DNA of 64,000 nt from an uncultured delta proteobacterium. Lineage in GTDB: Bacteria > Desulfobacterota > WTBG01 > CAIYCZ01. A model generated the notes under the pieces. That model saw only the letters and a program-made list of their open reading frames with translations, did no database searches and was not told the origin of the DNA. Numbering within the stretch: the first letter of the stretch is position 1; each line of letters opens with the position of its first letter. The position numbers and the translations under genes are program-made. This document shows positions 46,240 through 57,819 of the stretch, piece after piece. Location: assembly GCA_963803975.1 (NCBI GenBank), contig CAWDOY010000025.1:32001-96000 (forward strand), in the 5' to 3' direction.

Positions 46240-47040
46240 ATGAAGTCTTGTAAAAAGATGTTTTTATTGATGTGCTGTGTCCTGCCTCTATATTTTGCGG
46301 GATGCAAACCTGTTGTCACAATAATTGAGCCCGTCAATGGAGACAAGTTTAAAGTTGGTGAAACAATAATCTTCGAGGGAAAGGCTACTGATCGGGAGCA
46401 TCCGAACCTCGCCGACAACGCATTTGTGTGGACATCTGACAAAGATGGAGAGATTGGAACCGGACCCTCGATTGAGTCATCTGGTCTTTCAGAAGGAAGA
46501 CATACCATTACCCTGACCGTTACGGACCCCGCCGGCCAGTCAGGACAAAGTGGCGTTACAATCACTATTGGCAATGGCAATGGTGTCCTACAACGACCAC
46601 TACCATTTGTAATATCGTTCCTCCAGCAGGGCCGGTAACGCCAAGCCCCGGTAAATTCTCCAACCCAAACTTATGTGCTTTGCCCCAGCTATAATTCCGA
46701 ATGTTTAGGTGCCGATTGCTGCGATGATAGTTGCCAATTCAATCAGATACTACCGTGTAAACAGTATGTTGGTACTACTTGTACCTTAGGGTGTGAGGAT
46801 AGTGCTGGGTATCATTCAGCAATTTTCGGAGACGATGAAACGGCGTGGATAACTTATCCAGGCGAATGGGAGTTCAAAATAATAAAACAACTACAAACAT
46901 GAGTTTGTGATTGTACAGACCCAGGCCTATGTCCCAATCCAAGTGCTTGCTGGTGTAATCAGTATTGTGCAGAGGGAGCAGTGTGCGGAGATGAAGAAAT
47001 TAGTATAAAGTTTACCATTATAGACTGCGGTGGCTTTTAA
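46240..47040 (+). CDS. Lipoprotein with Ig/PKD-like domain, Thr-rich linker and Cys-rich C-terminus; frameshifts and in-frame TGA at 46900
   Basis: FAGC lipobox; WTSDKDG.IGTG, LSEGRHTITLTVTD; Cys-rich frame continues past the TGA to TAA at 47040. Confidence 0.55.
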
Positions 47041-47078
47041 AATCTGATTGCGCGGATTACAGAAGCGCAGCAATCAAT

Positions 47079-47714
47079 ATGAATATTTCCGCAAAGATTT
47101 CCTGGTCCGGACGGTTGATAGCTGTTCAGCCGCGTATTCGACTGCTGCGTTCATTTGATCAGCGAAACCATAACTACCTTGGATTTGTGTTACTTGTTTC
47201 AGGAGTTGTTGATAGTCAGGAACGGGAGTTTTTAGTGGGAATTGGAAAAGCAGCTCAGGCAAAATATCAATTTAAAGCTGGTGATATAGTCAGGGCAGAT
47301 GCGTATCCTGTCGCTGATAGTCGCACAGAAGTGGTAGAGTTCTATAAGACCAGCAAACTGGAAATCATTAAGCAATTCGGTCCTGCCGTTATTACCCCTC
47401 CTCCATGGATTGGTATCCCGCCTGACCTAGAAAGCTATCGCCAGCGAGGCCATCGGCGCCTTGATCCCCGGACGTATGCCTCCCATTGCAGGCAATGTAT
47501 CTGGGGCTGTCTCATGCCGGTTGAGATGATTATCGACCAGTGGAAGCCTGATACAAAACAATACCGGACTGAAACCTTCTGTTATGGCCCTAAATCCTGT
47601 GAGTTATATAAAGCCGGGACAACACGGAAAGTTCCCGGCCGTAAAGGGATGACATGGGAAGAGGAGGACTGGGTTGATGAGGATGCGGTTGCGCATCGCG
47701 GGGTGGATGATTAA
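47079..47714 (+). CDS. Hypothetical protein with Cys cluster
   Basis: Intact 211-aa ORF; CRQCIWGC and CYGPKSC. Confidence 0.7.
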   Translation: MNISAKISWSGRLIAVQPRIRLLRSFDQRNHNYLGFVLLVSGVVDSQEREFLVGIGKAAQAKYQFKAGDIVRADAYPVADSRTEVVEFYKTSKLEIIKQFGPAVITPPPWIGIPPDLESYRQRGHRRLDPRTYASHCRQCIWGCLMPVEMIIDQWKPDTKQYRTETFCYGPKSCELYKAGTTRKVPGRKGMTWEEEDWVDEDAVAHRGVDD

Positions 47715-47849
47715 TTGAGCATAGCGCCAAGGGCTTTCAGGGAGGTTTTTCAAGGAGGGATATTCTTTGAGCGAGCATAGAGGAGGAGGGAAATTTGGGA
47801 AAGTGCAAAATTCCTGGCCGTTCGTGAAATTGACGATAAAAAGAGGGGT

Positions 47850-47885
47850 AAAGGCAGAAACTAAACTGGTTTCTGCCTTTTTTTA
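47850..47885 (+). terminator. Intrinsic terminator
   Basis: AAAGGCAGAAAC..GTTTCTGCCTTT followed by a T run. Confidence 0.75.
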
Positions 47886-47977
47886 GCTCCCCGACAGAAT
47901 TGATTAGGATACTGTTAAACTCCCAGTGTAGTTTAAACGAACAGTTGATTATTGATATGCTGTAGGATTACGCAAGT

Positions 47978-48253
47978 ATGACTGCATTGGATGAAAAACC
48001 AAAAAAAAGACATGATATTGTATCGCATGAACTTGGGGATGAAGTGATGTTATATGATGCTGTGCACGAAAAAGTTCATGTATTGAATCATACAGGTTAT
48101 TTTATTTGGAAACTCTGTGATGTCACCCGTACCTTAACAGACATGATGGAAAAAATGCGTAGCCTATTTCCACAAACTTCTGAATCAACTATTCAGAATG
48201 ATATTGAATTAGCAATGAAAGATTTTAGACAAAATAATTTATTAGGAACATAG
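47978..48253 (+). CDS. PqqD-family (RiPP recognition element) protein
   Basis: ELGDEVMLYD..VHVLNHTG..IWKLCD..T. Confidence 0.8.
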   Translation: MTALDEKPKKRHDIVSHELGDEVMLYDAVHEKVHVLNHTGYFIWKLCDVTRTLTDMMEKMRSLFPQTSESTIQNDIELAMKDFRQNNLLGT

Positions 48254-48270
48254 TGGCTAATATAACTTAC

Positions 48271-48306
48271 AGGGCAGAATCAGCAATGGTTTTGCCCTTT
48301 GTTTTA
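48271..48306 (+). terminator. Intrinsic terminator
   Basis: AGGGCAGAATC..GGTTTTGCCCT followed by a T-rich tail. Confidence 0.6.
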
Positions 48307-48481
48307 AGCCCACATATTGTGGTTACTGGTTAAGCACAATATGTGAATACTTCTGTTATTAGCGCAACAATTCTCACTGCTTAAACAATTCACCACTTCA
48401 TTAAGAAGTTATCTCTAATATGTCAGATCGAGTTCAAATTACTGCTAAACTGCTGTCATCTTCAATCTAAGGTATTACAGC

Positions 48482-51195
48482 TTATTTCTTCATCTTCTTA
48501 AGCGTCAGCGCTTCCCGCACCAGCCGCAGAATATCATCCACCGTGAACGGCTTGTTAAGGATATGGTCGACGCTGCTCTTCTCCATGTCATCCTTATCCA
48601 GGTTAATGCCCCAGCCCGTTATGAGGGCAACTGCTACATCCGGGGCTATCTTCTTTACTGCTGTTGCCACCTCCCACCCTGACATGCCCGGCATGCCGAG
48701 ATCGGTAAAGACCATGTCAAATGCACTGCTCGCGAAGATCTCCAGCCCTTGCCTGCCATCCCTGGCTGCAGCCACCTCGTGGCCGTGTATGGTCAAAATG
48801 TCGCACAGCAGTTCCCGCACATCTTCTTCATCATCTATAACGAGAATTGATGCTTTGTCTGCGTCACGTACTGCCTGCGCCGGCTCCACCCGTGATGCTT
48901 TCTCAATCTCCTTCAAGGGAAATTTTATGGTAAAAACCGTACCGCTTCCCTCCCTGCTCTCAACGGCAATAGTCCCCTGATGCCTGGTGATAATACCGTA
49001 TGATACGCTCATGCCCAGGCCGGTGGACTGAGGTCCCTTGGTGGTGAAAAACGGGTCAAAAATGCGCTCCACAACATGGGGCGGCATGCCGCCGCCGGTA
49101 TCGGTCAGCCGCAGGCACACATGCGTATGTTCCTTAAACGTCTCGACCCTGATGGTTCCTCCCCCGGGCATGGCATCAAGAGAATTGTTGATGAGATTGG
49201 TGAGCACCTCGCGAAGCTCTGCCGGGCTGCCCAGAATTGGCGGCACATCTGACAGCTGTTTAACAATGGTGAAATGTATGCCCTTGAGCTCCGCATTATC
49301 CTTCCACCGGACGCGGGTAAAATCAAGCGCATGCGCAACAACTTCATTGATATCAACCGCAACAGCGTCCTTATCATCAGGCCTGATGCGGGCGAATTCC
49401 TGAATGCGTCTCACGGTTTCAGCGCCGTCAGCTGCTGCCCGCTCAATCACTTCAAGACCCTGCTGTAATTCATGGTACGCTTTGCGGCGCTCTGAGCCGG
49501 CGAACTCATCCAAATGCATCCGCAGCAGCTGCGCCCGTCCCAGTATGGCGGCAAGGACATTGTTAAAATCATGGGCAACGCCACCGGCCAGTTCCCCCAG
49601 GTCCCGCAGTTTTTCCGCCTGCAGCAGTTTTGTTTCCATGGAGCGCTGCTCGGTAACATCCACGCCGGTTTCAAGCACGCCAATAACCCTGCCCTCGGTA
49701 TCTTTAAGCTGCGTGCCCCGGGTAAATAGTATTTTTTCTTCGCCGCTTTTGGTGGTAATGAACTGGTGGTAGGGACTCACCGCAGCGCCGCCGCTTATCT
49801 CCTGGGTCATTTTCGCAAATGCCTCGCTGTCCATGCGCATGGGAATGGTTTTGAGCAGCTCTTTCCCCAGCACTTCGTCCCTGCTGTAGCCGGTCACTTC
49901 CTCGGCCTTGCGGTTAAAAAGAATCACCTGGTCTTCAAGATCAAGGGCAATGATGATCACATCGGCGGTCTCGATGATGGTCCGGGTAAACTCTTTTTCC
50001 CGCTGCAGCGCTTCATCAGCTCGCCTGCGCTCCGATATGTCCCGCACGATACAGGAAAAGAAGACGTCGCTTTGAGCCTTCCAGGTGGCAAAGGACATCT
50101 CGGCGGGGAACTCCTCGCCGCTCTTTCTGAGCCCGGTAAACTCAAAAGAGATGCCGCCGATATCAAACTCTCCCGTCGTTACGACCCGCTCTAATCCGCC
50201 CTGCATATATTCGTGGTAGCGCTCAGGAATGATCAGCGTAAGCGGCTTTCCCAGCATCTCAGCCGGCGCATAGCCAAAAACTGTTTCAGCAGCATTATTC
50301 CAGAATAGTACGATCCCCTTGCTGTCAATGCAGATAATCGGGTCGCTGGCGCTCGTGGCAAGCGCGCTGAAGCGCTCTTCGCTTTCCTGCCGGGCGTCCT
50401 CGGATTGCTTCTGTTCGGAAATATCGCGGGCATTAATGACTATCAACAGCTGTCCCGCTTCATCTGCAACCGCCCTGCCGACACCATGAAGCGTTCGCCA
50501 TGAACCGTCCTTATGCATGCACCGGCAGCTGGCGTTATGGATGGACCCCGGGTTTTGCAAGGCGCTGCCGAGGGCGGTGAGTACCGCGTTATGATCATCG
50601 GGATGGATAAACCCGAGAACATTCTGACCGAGCACTTCCTCAGAGGTTCGTCCGAGCATCTGTTCTGAGGCGGGGCTTACGTACTGCAGCGTTCCGCTGC
50701 TGTCGACGGTGATAATCAGGTCTGTTGAATTCTCCAATAGCAGACGCAGGCGCTGTGTGCTTTGTGCCGCAACTGACTCAAGCCGCATGCGCTCTGAGAC
50801 GTCGCGCACAACGCCGATATAATAATTTTGATTATCAACCGTGTGGATGGACTGGGAAACTTCAGCAGGAAATTCCTCACCGTTTTTTCTCACGCCGATA
50901 GACGTAAATTGTTTTACCAAACTTCGTTGCGTCGCCAGCCTGAAGGCGATCATCAAATTGTCCCTCTACCCTTTTCCGGTTTCGTTCCGGCAGGAGAATG
51001 TTTGCATCAGCTCCGGCTAATTTCATCTTCACTATACCCGTAAATAGCCTCTGCCCCCTTGTTCCAGAAGATAATATGCATGCTGTCATCGACAATAATA
51101 ATTGCTTCCGGTGCTGCGTCAACCAGCGATAGAAACAGTTCCTCCCGGCCGCGCATTAATTTCCTGATAAAATAGTTTCCCTTATGAACTGCCAT
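48482..51195 (-). CDS. Hybrid histidine kinase with four PAS domains and a receiver (5' frameshifts)
   Basis: Repeated PAS/PAC units; AHDFNN, N/G1/F/G2 boxes; VIDDE..TDLGMP receiver. Confidence 0.93.
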
Positions 51196-51276
51196 GCTCT
51201 CCCTCTGGACGAGAGTATTATAATAATTGCGTTCCGGTGCAGTTTTGCCGTCACGTTATCGAACGGCTGCATATCT

Positions 51277-51954
51277 TTAAACAATCACCGTGCGTTTAAT
51301 GGTCTTCACCACATCATCGGGATTATCAAGGATGGTGACCAGTTCCAGATCATCGGGTGAAATAAGCGTGCGCGCCAGCAGCGTATCTTCAATCCACTTC
51401 CAGAGCGGCTGCCAGTAGTCAGAGCCAAACAGGATGACCGGAAATGGTTTGATGCGCTTGGTTTGAATCAGGGTGATTGCTTCAAATATTTCATCAAGGG
51501 TCCCGAACCCGCCCGGCATACCCACATAGGCCTGGGCATATTTAACGAACATCACCTTGCGCACAAAAAAATATTTAAAGCTGAGGCGTATATCCGCGTA
51601 GGCATTCGGCTCCTGCTCCATGGGCAAATGGATATTGAGGCCCACAGACTTGCCGCCGCCTTCCCGGGCACCTTTATTCCCCGCTTCCATTACGCCGGGA
51701 CCGCCGCCGGTTATTATATGATACCCGTTTTCCGCCAGTTTGCGCGCGATCTCTACGGTCTTTTCATAGGTATCGTCACCGGGCCGGACCCGGGCTGAGC
51801 CAAAGATGGAAACACACGGATAGATATCAGACAATGTTTCAAAACCTTCAACAAACTCGGCCATGATCTTGAACAGGCGCCAGGTGTCCATCACCGTAAT
51901 CGCATCAACGACGTATTGTTTCTCAACCATTCTTTTATCCTTCATCTCGTTCAT
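51277..51954 (-). CDS. LOG family nucleotide phosphoribohydrolase
   Basis: SIFGSAR, TGGGPGVMEA, PGGFGTLDE. Confidence 0.92.
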   Translation of the reverse strand: MNEMKDKRMVEKQYVVDAITVMDTWRLFKIMAEFVEGFETLSDIYPCVSIFGSARVRPGDDTYEKTVEIARKLAENGYHIITGGGPGVMEAGNKGAREGGGKSVGLNIHLPMEQEPNAYADIRLSFKYFFVRKVMFVKYAQAYVGMPGGFGTLDEIFEAITLIQTKRIKPFPVILFGSDYWQPLWKWIEDTLLARTLISPDDLELVTILDNPDDVVKTIKRTVIV

Positions 51955-51962
51955 ATGCCTTG

Positions 51963-53355
51963 TTACTCCAGATCAAAGCTTTCATTAAATTTTGGAATCA
52001 CTACCTTCCACCCCAGCCGGGCTTTTATTTTTTCTGCAAGTGCCGTTGAAGCATCAGCCTCACCGTGCACAATGAATGTTTTCAGCGGCGGACGGTTGAA
52101 TCCCATGAGCCAGGCAAGGGTCTCGTTGTAATCCGCATGCGCTGAAAATCCCGAGATGTTTTCAATCTGAGCCCGCACCGGTATTTCCAAGCCATGAATC
52201 TTGACCAGCGGTTTTCCCTCCAGCAGCGCCCTGCCGCGGGTTCCTTCTGCCTGGTAGCCGATAAACAGCACGGTATTGTTTTGATTGGGCAGCCGGTGCT
52301 CCAGATGGTGGAGGATGCGGCCGCCATCCGCCATCCCGCTCGCGGAAATGATGATGGCCCTGCCCGGTATTTTATGCAGGGCTTTTGACTGCTCCGCATC
52401 CTTTAAAAACTGTACCCGGCTGGTCTCAAAAATATGCTTTCCATTCAAAGCAAGAATCCGGGCCTTAAGGTCAAAGTCTCCGATATATTTTTTGAATATC
52501 TCGGTAGCATTAACCGCCATGGGAGAATCAACATACACCGGGACTGAGGGTATTTTCTTTTGCTCTTCCAGCTCCCGGATAAAAAAGAGCAGCTCCTGGG
52601 TGCGGCCCACGGCAAAAGAGGGAACCACAAGGACCCCGCCCCGCTGCATGCTTTCATTAATGACCCGCGCCAGTTCCTCCTCTGGCGGCACCTCGCCGTG
52701 CAGCCGGTTGCCGTAGGTTGATTCCAGCACCAGGTAGTCAACCTCATGCACCTGGACCGGGTCCCACAATATGGGCTGGGACGGCCTGCCCAGGTCGCCG
52801 CTGAATAATGATCCGTCTGATCTTGTCACGGTAGGTGGTCTTGACGTCTATAAACGACGAGCCGAGGATATGTCCGGCATCTTTAAATTTTATGCGCAGG
52901 CTCTCGGTCAGGAATATATCTTCACCGTAATAATGCGGGGTAAAGTGGGCGAGCGCCTTTTCCGCATCCTGCTGCCGTATACAGGGGAAGTGCGGGAGAG
53001 TGCTTTGAAAAGCCCTTCTTGTTTGCCCAGCGGGCATCTTCCTCCTGGAGATGGGCGCTGTCCCGCAGCATGATATCGCACAGGTCCTGGGTGGCATAGG
53101 TGCAGTGTATGCGGCCGTTAAAGCCCTGCTGGCACAGCCGGGGAATATATCCCGAGTGGTCGATATGGGCATGGGTGAGCAGCACCGCATCAATAGTTGC
53201 CGGCGCAATGGGAAAGGCCTCCCAGTTCCTGAGCCGGTTCTCTTTCAGGCCCTGGAATAAACCGCAATCAATGAGCAGCTGTTTTTCAGGTGTTTTTAAA
53301 TGAAACCGCGAGCCGGTAACGTGCCGGTGGAGCCGAGAAAAGTGAGTGTTGACAT
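51963..53355 (-). CDS. Metallo-beta-lactamase/beta-CASP nuclease, frameshifted
   Basis: [41 protein letters not shown]. Confidence 0.9.
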
Positions 53356-53530
53356 GTGAATCACCTCTGCAGGGTTTATGTATGAAGGACGTGAATGAGA
53401 GCTATACGTGTTCTGTTTTTTTGTGGATAATACTGGAAAGATGCTTACTAATCAAGCGGGAAATAGATGCCCGGGATAGATGCAACGCGAGGCATCTTCA
53501 GTGAGGGTAGAACGTGAGGTTGTCAGGCAG

Positions 53531-53836
53531 CTATGATTTTTTTAACTTTTTCTGGACGGATTGTACCTTGTCGCCCATCTGCACCTTCCGGTCGCGGCGG
53601 TCATCAAGCTTGATGGTGGTGTAGACACGCTGAGCACCCTGGTTAAAGGGTGTTTCATGCATTTTCCTGATAACCGCCAATACGTCTTCAAGGCTGCCCT
53701 CGATGATGGTGCCCATCGGGGTGAGCTGAAATGAGAGCCCTGATTTCTGCAGCTCTGCAATGGCGCCGGCCACATATTCACTGACGCTCACGCTGCCGGT
53801 CCCCAGCGGGACAACGCTCACTTCTGCAATGGCCAT
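53531..53836 (-). CDS. MTH1187/YkoF thiamine-binding family protein
   Basis: SVVPLG, SVSEYV, LTPMGTIIEG, DDRRD. Confidence 0.9.
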   Translation of the reverse strand: MAIAEVSVVPLGTGSVSVSEYVAGAIAELQKSGLSFQLTPMGTIIEGSLEDVLAVIRKMHETPFNQGAQRVYTTIKLDDRRDRKVQMGDKVQSVQKKLKKS

Positions 53837-53842
53837 ACTAAA

Positions 53843-53955
53843 CTCGTGGTTCGTGTCTCGGGGTTCGGGACTCGTGAAAAGGCCAAAAGGCTAAAAGACT
53901 AAGAGGTCAAAAGACCTATTCACCTATTCCTATTACCTATTTACCTGCTTTACCT
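53843..53955. repeat. Intergenic modular short tandem repeats
   Basis: (GGGTTCG-like)n, then (AAAAGGCT-like)n, then (ACCTATTC-like)n. Confidence 0.7.
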
Positions 53956-54852
53956 CTATCGCTCTCTATACTGCGTACTGAGCACATAGCCGAACTTAAA
54001 CTGCTCATCTTCAAACAGCGCTTTAAGCCTGGCAGCGGACTCATCAATGAAAAACTCCCAGAGCGACGGCCGGCGCTTCTCCGGATACAGTACCCGCGGC
54101 TCTCCCTTGATGCCGCACAGCTGCGCGGCGGTGTCAAGTGCATCCTGAAAATTACCCAGCTGATCAACCAGTCCCAGCGTCTTTGCCTGCTCCCCGGAAA
54201 ATATGCGGCCATCAGCAATCTGAACAACCTTTTCCCTTGGGAGCTTTCTTCCCTTTGCCACTGCATCAATGAACTGATTGTGAACACTATCAATAACGCC
54301 CTGCAGCAGGGCCTGTTCTTCCGGAGACATGGTGCGCGTGGGAGAGAGGATATCCTTGTATTTGCCGCTCTTGATGATCACGCTTTTGAGTCCGATTTTC
54401 CCCAGCAGCTCTTCAATGTTGACAAATTCGATAATCACGCCGATGCTGCCGGTAATGGTTCCCGGATTGGCGACAATTTTATGGGCTGCGCAGGCGATAT
54501 AGTAGCCGCCGGAGGCTGCAACCGATTCCATGGAGGCAATAATCTTCTTTTTGTCGCGCATCTTCATGAGCTCTGAATAGATTTCCTGGGACGGTCCAAC
54601 ACCGCCTCCCGGTGAATTGATGCGCAGCAGCAGCGCCTTGATGCTGTCATCTTTTTTATAGCGGAGCAGCTTATCGACAACGGGTTTTGACTTTGTGATT
54701 ACCCCCTCAATCTCTATAACCGCTATATCATTCTGCCCTGTCAGCAGACGCTCGGTAAGCCCGAAACGCCCCAGAGCCCACAGGACGCAGAGAAACACAA
54801 CGCCAATACAGCACAGTGAGATGAAACCAATTAAGAATGGATGTCTTCGCAT
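53956..54852 (-). CDS. sppA: Signal peptide peptidase SppA
   Basis: RINSPGG, AASGGYY, TGSIGV, SGKYKD. Confidence 0.93.
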   Translation of the reverse strand: MRRHPFLIGFISLCCIGVVFLCVLWALGRFGLTERLLTGQNDIAVIEIEGVITKSKPVVDKLLRYKKDDSIKALLLRINSPGGGVGPSQEIYSELMKMRDKKKIIASMESVAASGGYYIACAAHKIVANPGTITGSIGVIIEFVNIEELLGKIGLKSVIIKSGKYKDILSPTRTMSPEEQALLQGVIDSVHNQFIDAVAKGRKLPREKVVQIADGRIFSGEQAKTLGLVDQLGNFQDALDTAAQLCGIKGEPRVLYPEKRRPSLWEFFIDESAARLKALFEDEQFKFGYVLSTQYRER

Positions 54853-54950
54853 AGAATAATCGGGGAAAGAGTCTGTGGAAAAAAGGTCAGGATACCGGCG
54901 GCACGCTGCCAGCGTTTTTCCCGCCGACAGCATGCCGCTGCTATATCTAG

Positions 54951-57001
54951 CTATTCCTGTTTGTCATCCTTTGCCGCGGCGTCATCCGCTACCGATGAGT
55001 CATCACCGGCAGACAGGGGTACGCTGTCAGCATCGGGGGCTGCTGTTTCCTTTATTTCACCGCTTGCCTCTTCTGCAGGCAGCTCATCTTTTTCCGCTAC
55101 CGATGAGTCATCACCGGCAGACAGTGGTACGCTGTCAGCATCGGGGGCTGCTGTTTCCTCTATTTCACCGCTTGCGTCCTCAGCAGGCAGTTCCTCTTTG
55201 TCCGCTTTCTGCTGCAGTCCTCCCTTCAGCACATCCCCGAGTGTCGTCGTTGCCGCCTGTTCCTCGCGCGCCATATATTCCTGGAGATCACGCTGATCTT
55301 CAACTTCTTTCAGATCCCGGATACTCAGGCCGATCTTGCGCCCGCGTTTATCAATGCTGATGATGAGAACTTCAAGCTCATCATTCACCTTGGCAAAATC
55401 TTTAAGGCTTTCGACCTTGTCCTTGCTGATTTCTGATACGTGGATCAGGCCCTCCACGCCTTTCTCGATCTCAAGGAAAATGCCGAAATCAGTCACATTG
55501 GTCACCACACCCTTGACTACCTGGCCGCGCCGGTATTTTTTGGGGACGCTCTCCCAGGGGTCAGGCTCAAGCTGTTTAATGCCCAGCGAGAAGCGCTCGT
55601 TTTCCTTGTCGATGCTGAGCACCACGGCTTTTACCATCTGCCCCTTTTTATATACCTCGACCGGATGCTTTATCTTCTGCGTCCATGATATGTCTGATAT
55701 ATGAACCAGGCCGTCAATGCCCTCATCAATGCCGATGAAGATACCAAAGTCAGTGACATTCTTAATTTTCCCTTCGATGACCGTCCCCTTGGGATACTTC
55801 TCCTCAATAAGAGACCAGGGGTTTGGCTCGGTCTGCTTCAGACCGAGAGAAATTCTCTTGCGCGCTACATCCAGGTCAAGCACCACCGCATCCACCATAT
55901 CTCCGATGGTAAGTATCTGGGAAGGATGTTTCACCTTTTTGGTCCAGGACATCTCCGAGATATGAATGAGCCCTTCTATCCCTTCTTCCAGTTCCACAAA
56001 AGCGCCGTAGTTGGTGATGTTTACCACCTTGCCGCTCACGCGCGTGTTCACAACATATTTTTTCTCAGCAACTCCCCACGGATCTTCCCTGATCTGCTTG
56101 TAGCCCAGTGAAACCCGCTGGTTCTGCTGATCATAGCTCAGCACCTTTACTTTTATTTTATCGCCGGTTGCGAACAGCTCACCGGGTGAATTGACACGGC
56201 CCCATGAAATATCGGTTATATGGAGCAGGCCGTCAATCCCTCCCAGGTCTATGAACACGCCGTAATCAGTGATATTCTTGATAACGCCATCAACGATCGC
56301 CCCCTCCTGCAGGTTTTTAATGGTTTCCGACCGCATGGCTTTCGCGCTCTTTCTCAAGTATCGCCCGGCGTGACAGCACCACATTTCCCCGCTTGCGATT
56401 ATATTTGAGAATTTTAAATTTTTGCGTCTCGACCGATGAATTTATCCAGGTTGCGCACCGGATGCAGATCCACCTGGGAGCCCGGCAGAAATGCCTTCAG
56501 GCCGATATCAACGGTCAGTCCGCCCTTGATGCGGGACAGTATCTTACCTTCTATCACGCTGTCCTGATCGCAGATTTCGCTGATGGTATCCCATACTCTC
56601 CTCTGGTCAGCCTTCTGCTTGGAAAGCACCATCATGCCGTTTTCATTTTCCCATTCCTCGACAAGAACGTCTATAACGTCGCCGGCCTTGACCGTCAAGC
56701 TGCCATCGATGTCATTGAATTCATAGATGGGGATTTGCCCTTCTGATTTATACCCCACATCAATCACGACATAGTCAGGAGTTATTTGCAGAACCTTTCC
56801 TGTGACCACCTCTCCATCCTGGATCGGCTTCAAGCTCTCTTCAAAGATCTTTTCAAAATTCTCCTCATCCAGCAGCTCCTCATCCAGCAGTAGTTCATCA
56901 TGCATCTCGTTCACTCCTTCGACCACGTTGGCACCTTCTGTTGTTGGTTGTTTTGGTTGTTTGGGTTGTTTTAGTTTTGTTGGTTTTGTTGGTTTGTCCA
57001 T
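54951..57001 (-). CDS. rpsA: 30S ribosomal protein S1 (frameshift near 56400), with low-complexity extensions
   Basis: VIDVGYKSEG, AFLPGSQ, repeated S1 domains (GLLHITD, GLIHISE). Confidence 0.97.
54986..55197. repeat. 108-bp tandem duplication in the rpsA 3' end
   Basis: Same sequence starts at 54986 and 55094; 36-aa acidic unit. Confidence 0.9.
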
Positions 57002-57023
57002 GAATTTTTATACCTCTTTCTGT

Positions 57024-57710
57024 TTATTTATGGCACTGAAGAGCGCGTGCATCGATGCTGGAAAGCATTTCCTGCACAACCTCTTCAATTGTCATCGCGG
57101 TAGTATCTATTATGATTGCATCAGCTGCCGGCTTCAGCGGCGCCAGGGCTCTTGAACAATCATCCCGGTCGCGTTGAACCAGTTCTTCGTGTACTTTACT
57201 ATATGCCACTTTCAGTTTTTTTTCAATAAGTTCTTTATAGCGCCGCTGGCTGCGCACTTCTGCCTCCGCATCAAGATAGAATTTGAACCGGGCATAAGGA
57301 AAAATGACGGTACCGGCATCCCGGCCATCAACCACAATACGACCCTGCCTGCCGCAGTCACGCTGCATGCGCACCAGTTCACTGCGCACGCATTTCTCCG
57401 CTGATACGCGGGACGCAAGCATGCTTATCTCCGGTGTTCTTATCGCATCGGTAACATCACCGTCGCCGGAGTACACGCGCATGCCGCCGTTATGCTTGAA
57501 CGCAATGGTGATGGTTGCACACAGGCTGCTGAGTGCTGCGCTGTCATCAGGGTTAATGCCGCGGCGGATGGTCTCAAGGGCAACAACCCGGTACATGGCA
57601 CCGGTATCAAGATAGGTGAAGCCGATGCGCCCGGCAAGCAGCTTTCCAACCGTGCTTTTCCCGGACCCGGTGGGGCCGTCAATTGTTACGATATTGTCCT
57701 GGTCCATCAT
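57024..57710 (-). CDS. cmk: Cytidylate kinase
   Basis: IDGPTGSGKST, LDTGAMYR, DGRDAGT. Confidence 0.96.
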   Translation of the reverse strand: MMDQDNIVTIDGPTGSGKSTVGKLLAGRIGFTYLDTGAMYRVVALETIRRGINPDDSAALSSLCATITIAFKHNGGMRVYSGDGDVTDAIRTPEISMLASRVSAEKCVRSELVRMQRDCGRQGRIVVDGRDAGTVIFPYARFKFYLDAEAEVRSQRRYKELIEKKLKVAYSKVHEELVQRDRDDCSRALAPLKPAADAIIIDTTAMTIEEVVQEMLSSIDARALQCHK

Positions 57711-57819
57711 AATAAGTGAAAAGTGGAAGGTGAAAAGTGAAATTCTTCTGATTTACCTCAGTTCACCTTTTCACGCTTTTTATCTCTTTACCTTTGTGCC
57801 TCTGTGCCTGGTCTGCCTG

